A stretch of DNA of 62,974 nucleotides, counting the filler, from Choristocarpus tenellus KU-1152 (lineage: Eukaryota; Protista; Phaeophyceae): NCBI GenBank assembly GCA_964200185.2. It is 9 parts of 9 records of this genome, joined end to end, with 100 filler letters (N's around TTAATTAATTAA, not from the genome) between each part and the next. Parts side by side here need not be neighbours in the genome. Positions count along the whole stretch, not along the records: positions 52,076 to 59,721 come from CAXNAD020005825.1; positions 59,822 to 62,974 come from CAXNAD020021923.1; 7 more parts are not named here. One strand, written 5' to 3'. Shown here one piece after another: positions 52,126 to 62,974 of the stretch (the first letter of the stretch is position 1; each line of letters opens with the position of its first letter). The notes under the pieces are model-generated. The model searched no databases and was not told the DNA's origin. It worked only from the letters and a program-made list of their open reading frames with translations. The translations under genes and the position numbers were made by a program.

Positions 52126-55100
52126 GTATGGAAATGTGATGGGGATTTTACAGTGGGCCAGAGGGAGTTGTGCTTCTTTTATTTTCACAGTGGTTTCGTG
52201 ATATTTATTTCCTGGTTGAAGTGACGCCTTCATTGCCATTGCTCTGTCTTTCCACACTCAGTGGGGTGCTTGTCAGGGAAGGGATGAAGGTTCTGCTCTG
52301 TGACCTTGGTTTTCTAGCTACGAGGCCAATACGCTTGTCTTGGTCATATCCGTTGTGGATATTGTGGGTGTAGTAGCTGTACGGTTCATAATGTCAACAG
52401 CTATGGGGCAACCAGGCGGTGGGAGGAGGGGGTTTGGGGTTAGCTTTAAGGTAAGAGATAAAATAGACCCGTGTGGATTCCTGACACCCTTGTCCTATTT
52501 GTAGAGGAATTGGGAATGCATTCCCCTGCCCTTTCTTTTAAAGAAAGAATTTATTACTGGTAATAATATGCAGTAAAACGACATATTGCAGTTGTTGAAA
52601 TATGCAGAAAGTTATTTTCTTGTTACGGTCAATAAAACAGTTCCAGCTTTTTACTGGAATTTTGCTATTATTGCAAAGCAAGAAGGGTGTGTTCAGTATC
52701 ATGTACAGGTGTGACCAGGTTTGGGGGGGGGGGGGTTTTCCTGAAGAAAAGGAAAGTTTGATGATTCAAGCCCATCTCTGATCGAGATGTCATACATCTG
52801 CAATAGTGACGGTGAGTGAGATAATCGTGACAATGATGGTATCAACACAAACATGGACATTGAATTAGTTCTGATGGGCATTAGTATGAACAGTACATAC
52901 TTCCTATGCTAGACAAATCCCAAATGGCTCGCTTGAAATTATCAACAATGTGACACATTTTCAAGTTAGATAATGGGTGTACATATCTCTGAATAGATAT
53001 TGATCAGAAGGTTTGAGTGCAGCACACACTCTCAAAAATGATGTGCACCTCCAAGTGCTGCTGCTTTCAGAGATATATGTATATTGCACACATGTTTTGC
53101 ATAGTCCACCGATTTTTCTAGTAATTCGGAGGTTACCTCAAACTAAATCTTAACGGGGGGGTTGGTGGGTCACTATGAGGTACACCTCTGATGATGTAAG
53201 GTTTAAGTTCAATTTGTTATTGATTTCTCTTTCGCAATTTGCCCGTGTTTCGAAGGGTTTTGTGAGTTGTGGGGGGCATGATGATGGAGTTGTCAGAAAT
53301 CGGAAGGAAAATATAAACAATTATTGGTGAAGTCAGTATCAGTGGTGTGCTTGTAAAAGATACACAGACCTATGGCAGTCATCCACTCTAATAAAGGTAT
53401 TGATCGTATTACTATTTTTTCTTTTGATTTCTTGTATCTCATTCCCCACACCCGCAACTCACACAAAAAAAAGGTTCCAAGACACGGCCTTACACTATAC
53501 AGTTGTGGTACTGGCTGCTAAACCCTAACCCTGCATTTTGATCCTTGGAGTTATTTTGTTCTTGTTCTGGTACGGTTGTTCCAAACAATCGATCCATCCC
53601 CATCAAGTTTTGGGTCAGGAAGCACATAAAAAGATTTAGTCACGTTCTTTGAGTATGTAAACATTTACACGCTAGTTCACTCCTTTATTAGGAGTTTCGA
53701 AAGAAAGAAGTCCTCGAGAAGTCCTCGAGAAATGCCTCCCTTCCTTGTTAATATCCCCCAGTAAACATCTCTGGTGTGTATCCCTCGGGAAAAAACAGTA
53801 TGTAGATTCTCCTCTTTGCTGGATGTAATGTGTGGTTGAGGTAGTCGTGCAACCTGATTGTCGAGCATTCCTCTTCTTCTCGTTCTTCTCTTAGTGACTT
53901 CGACATTTTCCTCTGTAATGTTACGTAGGTATTCCGAATCTTACTCTGCATCTTCTCAAAATAATCACTTATTCTGTAAGGCTATCTATGTGTTACTAAT
54001 ATCGTATATAGTTCGTACTTGTCAGAACTCGAGAAACAATCCTTACACTGTAGTATGTACGTCTGTTACAAATATTCGTATATCCTAAACATGAGGATAA
54101 AATGCTCGCGCTATTCGCCTGTTGTAACATAGACGCCGTCTCTTTATTATTGCGGGGTTGCTGTGTCAGTATGACACCATGTCATCACCTTCTTCTCTGT
54201 AGTACTGAAACCTCTCAATTCATATTTTTTTCTTGGTTTAGGAGCAAATGAGTACATCCCATTGGTCCATCATGACATGTAACTAGTATCCCATTATTTG
54301 GCAAGAAGTTTTCCTTTGTTTTCGAGTGTTATGTCACTTGTGCCGATCCTTCGATTTTTTGGAGGAAGGAGGGGGGGAGGGATCTCGACAGCAGCAGAAG
54401 CAATAGTAAGCTAATAAATCCTGATAGCAATAAAGATATATCCAAGATATTGGTAGGTATCACTAGACACGAACCAGTTGGTGTTTGTGGCTATCGTCAA
54501 ATCTCCCTTTTTTTTGAAGAAATTGAGAGAAAACAAGACCCTTTTCTTCTTGAGAGTTATTCTGTTTAATATTTATGTGAGAGCCATCTTCCACAGAAGG
54601 TATACCCTCAAGGTGATGTATCTTGAACATTACGATATTCATATGACATTTGTTCTTGCATGTTGAAGGTAACATCTGCTTGAAGTAAGATTGGGTGGGT
54701 TGGAGTGACCTTACCAAAAAAACCCTCTTTCACTTCTCACTGCAACTAACTCTCTTTTCCTGAGTGATCTTCTAAGGGATTGCTCTCCCTTTTGATTTGT
54801 CTCTCTTTGATCTTGCCTCCTGTGGGTCTTCCCGCTCCCCTTCATCACGAAGAACCTGTCGGCTTGTTTCCATCTGTTTCACATTTATTTATATTTAGAG
54901 TTTTGAAGAGGTTGTATAGGTCATCGTTGTCATTCAATTAATGACCTGACTGAGAAGTGACCAAAACCTACCCAAACAGGAACACAAGGAGAGGGATTGG
55001 TTGTCTGGGGGTCGCTACAGTTAGTTTCCACAAACACACAAAAAAACGCCACCAGCGGTCCTGCCCTCCCAAAAGACGATTCCTTGCAATATTTATATAA

Positions 55101-56693
55101 TGCCAACAATAGTTACTCTGTATTAAGAGTTTGACTGTGGAAGAGGATTGGTCTCGGAGCCCCCTCATTCTTCACCACAAACCTTCCTCGGATCTATATA
55201 CGAGTGAATGTGCGGATTGGACCCCCCTTGATCATGAAGTTACTCCGAAATATCACAATCATCAAGCTCAGTTACATAGTATTCTGTGCCAACCGCAAGG
55301 AACCGCATCAGATTATCCAATCTGAGATTTTTTCCTCCTCTCAAAAGGTTTGATTGGACAATGAACAGGTTAAGTGTGGACTAATTAATGATGTATTACC
55401 ACTGATATTAACCCTGCCCCCATATATGTGCACTTTACACTCCTCTAAACTTGTTGAGTTCCGTCGTTACGGTAGTACATCTGCCCACATGGAATTTGAT
55501 TGGAAGGCAGATTTTCTTTAATGGGTCCTTGTCGTACGACTGAGTTGGTATGGCTTACCCTGGTTGTCTCTATCCTCATCGCAGCGCTCCAATAATTGTG
55601 TTTACGGTCCCAAGTGTACAAAATAGGTGTCTCGACACGAGGTTGCCGAAATGTACATCTCGTATTACCTACACAATAGCAGCACCTAGTATGACAAAAG
55701 CAAGTCAGACTAGTACTGTAGTTCCCTGTGGTACAAATGCCAGAATGTGACGCTCACATCACAAACCCAACGACAGCAAATGGGATGACACAGCAAGTCA
55801 CTAATACTGCTACTAAAATACACACAATAATCACAGTTATCAAGAAACAGCAAATAGAAAACTTAAGTAATTAAAAACCTTCCGTGACTGCTTGTATCTA
55901 AACTAGGCATGAGAACATCAGTCCTCAAGGTATTAACACAGTGTATCGCATTTGTGGAACGAAATTTTCAACGTTCAGTCAATGTGGAATATTGTTAAGG
56001 CTGATGTTTCAAAATGGACAACACCTCGTATAGATACATGTAACACCTCGTACAGATGACACAGAAGTGTGCAGGGTCCTCATCCTCAACAGAGTAATTG
56101 AGAAAAGATAGAAAAGCATGGTCAAAGTGTGAGAGAACGCACAAGAAATTAGAGCATAATAAGTTTTTTAGCGTACCTTAGTACAGTATCCTTACATCAC
56201 CATCACAACTTAATTCTGTTGAATTATATATACCAGAAAATGGACAAGATAATTTGAAACTCTTTGGAGGACAAAACTGTCTCATAGCCAGACTCACGAC
56301 CTTCTCAATTCCGAATTAACAGATCAGAGATATTCTTGTGATTGACCACAAACACTCAAGTTGCATACACTTAAGGGACTGCACAATTTGCTAATCCAAA
56401 AATTAACAGAAGGCAAACACATAGGGAAGACTAATTCTGACAACAACTAAAAATACCTTCTGGTTAGATCCTTTCCCAGTGAAGAGAAATTTCGAGGATC
56501 ACTGCCACAAATACATCACATCACATAAAAACATCCAACTTTGCTAACACTCATCTCCAGAGCTTGAGGCTATTCAGGATTGGCAACTTCATCCCAACAC
56601 GAAGACATTCAGACACATCAAACCAAGCGACTTTGGCGAACAAACACACCTCACACACAAACACCTGTTAAATGCTGTGAACATTCAGAAAAA

Positions 56694-58156
56694 TTAGGTG
56701 TTGAGAGATTCAGGGGAAACCCAGTTAGGGCTCTCATCAAGCTCGACCCTCATTGCCTGGGCCTCATCACTAGCAATCCACTCATTGATCTTTCCTGTAC
56801 CAGAAAGGAACTCGCGGAACACGCTTCCCTCAGGAGCCAAGCTTGTTAGCTCGGGCACATCCTTGGGCAGACAGACACCCCCATAAGGGGCTCCTACACG
56901 AAGACCATACTTCCGGCTGAGGTAGCACTCGGCAGTTGAAGACACGAGGTACAGAACCTTCTGGGCGTCGATGGTGGGGTCGAGCTCGTGTGCCAGACCG
57001 TAGATGCAGTTGGCGAACGAGATCTTGAGTCCATTTGCATAGCTGTTACGATTTAGACGTGTGTGGAGTAGGCTTAAAACATTAGAACGCTTATATAGGA
57101 GGGTGTCACCATTGATCGAAACCTTTCAATAACTCAACTCACTACAATCAAGGTAGCCTTGTCATGTTGCCCGAATAGGCGAGTAAGTACAAGTCACGTT
57201 TACATTCAAGGAGGTACCTAAGCAATTTTGTAAGGAAGCTAAAAGTTCTAGAAAGTCCTAGGCACTCACTTGTGTACCAGCTTCATAAACTCTGCCTCAG
57301 GTAAGTTGAGAATAGTAAGCTTAGACTCTTCACGGTTGACGAACTCAAGGAATGCATTAGACATACGCTCCTTGACCTCTTCCTCGCCCTCGGAGTAGCC
57401 AAACACGATCTGCCAAGGGGCACGAGCATCCTCCTCACAGGATACAGCGCGAAGGAACTCAGGTTGGAAGGCTAGGTAGAAGGGCTTTGAGGTCTGCTCA
57501 CGGAGGGTTGCTTCGTACTTCTTAGTCATGCCAGGGGGGACACTGCCATTTTCGTAAGGTAATGAAAAAAGGAAACGGCAGAAGAGATATCAACGGGAGA
57601 AGAGAAATGGGCTGTCAATGTCTCATCTCAAGTCCTGTAGTCCAGAGCTTATAAAAAGAGGAGTTGCCGACAGAGTTCACTAGAAAGAACATTTTGACAG
57701 GTGGAGGGTTGTCAAGCTACTCAGAAATCGAAACATCTCCCACGCCTCTACCATTTCCTCTACCATTTGGCAAGAGACACAGCGACTCTACTATTGACTC
57801 CATCACGGACAAGTGACCACATCTCACGTGGAACGGATGACGAAGATGGGGGTCTTGCCAGTGGACTGCTCGATGAGCTTGAGCACAAGGGGCACAGTAG
57901 ACCAGACATACTTCATGTCGAGACGCTGGGTCTCTTTGATGAGTGGAGTAGGAACCGAGAGCAGCACAATCTCAGGATTGAGGTCACCGGGGCAGTTGTC
58001 AGGGTGGTAGCAGGTGATACCCGCCTCATTCATCTTCTCAATGATTGGGGGCACGACATCGAAGCCGGTGATGGAGAAACCGTGGTGGAGGTAGGCCTTA
58101 GCGTAGGCACCTCCCACCACACCGCAGCCGATCTGGATGATGCTCTCCTTGGCCAT
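56694..58156 (-). CDS. GMD: GDP-mannose 6-dehydrogenase, brown algal alginate-pathway type; complete, 316 aa, exons 57828-58156, 57270-57542, 56694-57042
   Basis: IGCGVVG (NAD binding), SVPTP, IRSTVPPG, FQPEFLR, AEFMKLVHN...KISFAN and YGGVCLPKD (catalytic Cys); short form lacking the C-terminal domain; two phase-2 GT-AG introns join in frame. Confidence 0.9.
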
Positions 58157-58379
58157 AGTTTCTATTGGTGGTGAGTAGTGATGATAATAGAGAAAATGAT
58201 CCCCACAGCAGAAGGAAAGAAGTGAGATGAGTGGGGGAGGGTGTTGGTGATGTTCTGCGTTGTAACTATTCTGTGAGTTTTTAAAGTAATTTCAGGTTTC
58301 AGATATCAGATTTCTGTTGTTGAGAAAAAATCTTCACTATACAATACAAAGTATATAGTTTTCATTGGTTTCCCCTTGA

Positions 58380-58632
58380 CACATCTGCAAAATATCAGAG
58401 GGCATAATAATATTAAAAACTAGTGACAATTATCAAAAAATAATATGGTGACTATGGTTTATTTATAACTTAGTTACATAGAACAAACTTATGAGAGAAA
58501 TATGAAGAACCAATAACTAGAAGGGACTTGATATTCCATAACAACAATGGACCCGCTTCCATTTATACTATTTATCCATTTATTGAATTCACTATATTTT
58601 ATTATTATGCCCTCTGACATTTTGGAGATGTG
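58380..58632. mobile_element. MITE family D (about 253 bp, TIR of about 32 bp) upstream of GMD
   Basis: CACATCTGCAAAATATCAGAGGGCATAATAATA and TATTATTATGCCCTCTGACATTTTGGAGATGTG-TA around a very AT-rich interior. Confidence 0.8.
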
Positions 58633-59033
58633 TATATTATAATTAGCGGTAAGTTATATGACGAAATGGTTCCCGATTGAAGGTCGAAAATTTCAAAATT
58701 CCAGGAATAAGTAAAACAGTGATATATATCCAAGCTCTGTTCGTCACTCAGTCCCACAAAATTTCATCCACCAAAAGAATTCTACCCATCCATTCACAAG
58801 ATGGTAGTAATCATACCATCATATAGCATATACATGCAAAGAAATAATCTTTGACCCTTCTTCGGTTATTCCTCTGCATCAGATCAACGTATTTTAGTTT
58901 TATAGGTGACCTGTCACATTTTGTCGATGTGTCAGAGGAAAACCGATGAAAACTATTTGTTTTGCTCATGAATTCTGGATTATTATTATTTGCTCATTCC
59001 TATTTTGCCCTCATTCCCCTATTCTCTATTCCC

Positions 59034-59141
59034 CATTTGATGGCCAACCATTGTGAATGCCCTTCGTCAATGATTGCCAGCCATCCCACATTTGATGACC
59101 AACCAGTGCGAATGCCCTTCGTCAATGATTGCCAGCCATCC
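59034..59141. repeat. 55-bp tandem duplication
   Basis: CATTTGATG(G/A)CCAACCA...GAATGCCCTTCGTCAATGATTGCCAGCCATCC at 59034 and 59089. Confidence 0.9.
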
Positions 59142-59821
59142 TTTCAACCCACACAAGCTACCACTCCCCTCAACCCCACAGCAGTTCTCACACCACTCAA
59201 CACCACTCCACAATAATCCAAGAATACCCCTTCATGATTAACTTCAAACCGTGCCTTTGAGATAGAAGACATCCACCCCGCAAGAACTTGACCTCCTCTT
59301 CCCCCCCCCCGTTCCCGTCGTTCGTGAGCAAGCGATAGGGTGGGTGGGTAGGAGAAGCTTGCTCGGAGATTGCCTTGGTCTCCCCTCCTCGTCTTGTATC
59401 CCTGGTTTTCTTTCCTTTTATCACTGACTGGCTGCTGCTGTTCATCCCCTTATCTACCACTCATTTCCATTAACCTTTTCTTCCCGTCCTTAACTATTTA
59501 TTCTCTTCTTGCTTCCTTCTTTTTCTTTCCCATACCCACGCTTGTCCTGTGCCCCCAGCCAACCAGAATTCTTCTGTCCACAAAACTCAGATTACTTCAT
59601 AAACTCTCACTTCATACGTTAGAAAAATCTCTAATAAAGTAACAATTGTCAGCATATAACAGAGGATTTTCAAAATTGGGGATGGAGCGGGACTACGAGG
59701 ATGGTTGTTTTGCGAAAACGGNNNNNNNNNNNNNNNNNNNNNNNNNNNNNNNNNNNNNNNNNNNNTTAATTAATTAANNNNNNNNNNNNNNNNNNNNNNN
59801 NNNNNNNNNNNNNNNNNNNNN

Positions 59822-59846
59822 CCCCCCCTCCCAGATACTTTGGGTC
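59822..59846. mobile_element. MITE family B right end at contig start
   Basis: CCCCCCCTCCCAGATACTTTGGGTC. Confidence 0.7.
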
Positions 59847-61406
59847 ATAATGCACATGTGACCCTGCTTTCCGGTCATTTTTTCACCCCCTACAACTGCT
59901 GTGAGTACTTTTGATATTCGAGGAGCAAATAGAATTCTACTGAATGGCACTAGCTTTCTCATCAAGAAAGTTTGGATGAACATGGTTATGCTTTATTTGT
60001 TACTATTTACTACAGCTGACTTCATTTCATTGATTATATACCTGCAGCAACCATACAACCATTGCTAAGCTTGTGCAGGTAGGTTTGTGTCTTTGTCGCC
60101 TTCAAACTTTGTGCCCCTACATACTGTTCCTCTTTGTATCCAATACATTCATACCTATCGCAAGTGTTGATCCACCAAATAAATGCAAAAAACCCTATCT
60201 GTACTTCAAATTCCCAGGTGTCGGCCATTCCTTGGTGACCACAAACAACAGTAAGAACTACCAATGGTGTCATTTTACGTACAACACTCACTGCTCAAAG
60301 TATTCCCAGCCAACAAAGACTGGGAAAGGAACTTTTTAATGCTGAGGGGGTCGCAACCAGGGGATCAGGAACACATCCGGGGTTGGGACAGGTACCTCCA
60401 TTTAGTCAGTAAGGCTTGCAGGAAGAAAATACTCTAGACATGATTGTATGCAGCTGGGTTCAGCAAGTTGTAATACATTCGTACTTGCACCCTGGAAAAC
60501 CATTGGTAGTACACAAATAAACATCATCTTCCAACATCTCATTTTTCTTTGGTAGATCTATAAGCACCACAAATATAATTATCCGCGTCTCATCCATGGG
60601 ATACAGTTGCTGTGCATCCATTGACATCAATGTATGCATCCTATACCATCTCATTCAACCGAGATGCCCTCACTGCAATGTGTAAGGCAAAAATATTTAC
60701 GTTTATGAACCCTCTCTTGCTATCGAAGCAAACACCTACGAACATTCCTATATCTTTTTTATTGCTCTAGAGCTGTAGGTAGTGGACAAAATAGACATCA
60801 GCAGCGACCAACTCTACCACATTTAACAAGTACTTCAAGGTACATAGAATAATAACAACTGCATGCTTCCTGTGAATTAAACACAGGTCAATCCTCAAGC
60901 ACTGGAGATTTTCTGCACAACCAGGATTCTACACACCAGTTGTGACCTAGATGGCGTGGAAATCTCTGTTGAGTACTTACCAGCAAGAGCATTGAATACG
61001 GTATGAGTGGGCTCAACTTGCATGTTTTGGGGGGACAAGACAGAAGTTAAGACGCTCACACAACATATTCAGTTATTAGTCTCATCTTTATTAGGAAACA
61101 AGAGGAGAGAAGATCACCTCTTCCTGGCTTCACACACATCACAAACCGCCACATCAGTCCCATGCATTACTACACCCTCAGGACCAGATGCCAGCCCCTA
61201 CAAACAAGGATCTAAAATAGTTGAAGATCATAGGAACCTCAGCTAAGTACACAAAAAGGGGTAATGAAGTGGTGAAAACCTTTCACCATCCCCTCTATGC
61301 CCAGAACTACCAACATTTTCACCCAATAGACTCCCAAGTGAAAAAAAATGTCCTGATGTCTCACATAACAATCGAACTGCCAACACCCTTCTATTCCTCA
61401 CTCAAA

Positions 61407-62730
61407 TCAACGCTTGCGCGGTCTGCCACGGCCAGCATTACGACCAAAAGTAGCCTGCTCCAGCTTGAACATCTCCTTTAGGATCTTCAACGTTATCCTC
61501 TTCTCCTCCGGCCCATCTGGCTGGCGAAGAGCCGACATTGGACCATGCAACATCTTGCTTACAATCGACATAGACAACCTGTCCACAATCTCGAGGTCCT
61601 TTTCCGAAAGGTTCGGAAGCTTGTTGCCCACCTACAAGGGTGTTCGTATACAGTGCAAACTCAGAAGGTAAAAACAGGACCAGTTGAGGATTAAACGGGG
61701 GGTACTGGAGGGGGGACCATGTCCCTCACTCTAGTGACGGTTGACCATCAACTGGTATTCTACGTCCTCTTGCTCACTACCGTTCACCACATATTTAGAC
61801 CTTTGAAGACAGACAAATCACATCCCTGCACAGAGACCTACCCAAAAAACATAATAAAACAACTCGAGGAAGTCTCAAAAATAAAAGCTAGAACAAAATT
61901 CGGATTGACAACAAGGCAGAACACTTGCTTACATGAAACGTTCACACACTGTCGTCCACCGAAAAACAATTCATGAACTCACCAAACAACAAAACACAGA
62001 ATCTCTTAAATTGTCTTACAACACAGAACCTCCTTTCCCATAGTCGAATCTCTCCTCACCTTGCGCATCTCCTCGCTTCGCATGTTCTCAAACTTCTCCT
62101 GCATCTTTGATATCGCAGGGACAGCACTCAACGACTGCTGCCACCCGTTAAACTTGTTCCTCTCCTCCATCAATATGTCCTCCGCTTCTAGCATCTCCCT
62201 CCTCCTCAGCGCTGTATTTCGGGCTACTACCATCTTCAGATCATCCACATCATACGCAAACACACCCTCCACATCCGAGCACGCAGACTCCACATTTCGC
62301 GGAACAGATATGTCAACGAACATCACAGGACCACTCCCCTTGCCTTCTGCCCCTTGCGCGGCCCTCTTTCCTGCACCGATCCGTTCCAGCTGAGGGACAG
62401 TGACAATGCAGGCGGTCGCACTTGTCGAGGTGAACACCACATCTGCCTCCACAATAGCAGTCTCCAAGACCTCTGGCTTGTCATCCCCGCCCAGCCTGAT
62501 ATCCATCTCAATATCCGGGAACTCATTTTGGAGTTCTTTGCACTTGGGAAGCGAGCGGTTTACAAGGATCACCTTTTTCACGCCAAGAGACGACATGTGC
62601 ACCAAGAGCAAGCGAGACATCTTGCCCGCACCAATAATGGCAATGGTTGATTTCAGAAGAGGCTTGCCCAGGTCCTTCTCTGCTCGGAGGTGGCTAAACT
62701 CAACTGCAGCAGAAGAAATTGACACAGCAC
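61407..62730 (-). CDS. hemA: Glutamyl-tRNA reductase, last two exons (62060-62730, 61407-61631)
   Basis: GAVSISSAAVE, IIGAGKMS, VNRS, ADVVFTSTSA, DISVPRNV, YDVDDL and SKMLHGP. Confidence 0.97.
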
Positions 62731-62755
62731 CTAGTCGAGAAGGGAGACACACAAC

Positions 62756-62974
62756 GTACACATTTTTTAGTACACATTTTTTAGTACACACTTTTTAGTA
62801 CACACTTTTTAGTACACACTTTTTAGTACACACTTTTTAGTACACACTTTTTAGTACACACTTTTTAGTACACACTTTTTAGTACACACTTTTTAGTACA
62901 CACTTTTTAGTACACACTTTTTAGTACACACTTTTTAGTACACACTTTTTAGTACACACTTTTTAGTACACACT
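62756..62974. repeat. 14-bp minisatellite (TTTTTAGTACACAC)n, about 15 units, in a hemA intron
   Basis: Read directly; runs to the end of the window. Confidence 0.97.

Noticed and set aside
57701-58174. 157-aa ORF on +, and similar + ORFs at 62061-62798
   Set aside because: Antisense shadows of GMD and hemA exons.
49137-62974. Apparent biosynthetic cluster of PKS fragments, GMD and hemA
   Set aside because: They are on three different contigs separated by linkers, so the adjacency is artificial.
62756-62974. (TTTTTAGTACACAC)n as a telomere or CRISPR array
   Set aside because: No spacers, not a TTAGGG-type unit, and it lies within a hemA intron; it is a minisatellite.

Overview
Eukaryotic, intron-rich nuclear DNA, almost certainly from a brown alga (Phaeophyceae) or a close relative, judged by the alginate-type GDP-mannose dehydrogenase, a bipartite plastid-targeting signal and a YNGRNAAAK-type TKL kinase. 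The window is not contiguous: nine unrelated contigs are joined by eight artificial 100-bp linkers (N44-TTAATTAATTAA-N44), so adjacency across a linker means nothing. Recognisable genes are partial purH/ATIC and hemA, a complete 3-exon GMD, a SMYD-like SET protein, a plastid alpha/beta hydrolase, a GMC oxidoreductase exon, a RING-type protein and two unknown genes. Mobile DNA includes three decayed plant-type (DD39D-like) mariners and several MITE families, two of which share termini and make 4-bp TSDs. The most interesting candidates are: (1) a ZU5-like ORF with a PIDD/FIIND-like HF|T autoproteolysis motif; (2) a helical-bundle plus kinase gene with MLKL-like architecture; (3) AT-rich, intronless, inverted type I PKS DH and ER relics inside host DNA. 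All calls are by eye; no database search was run.
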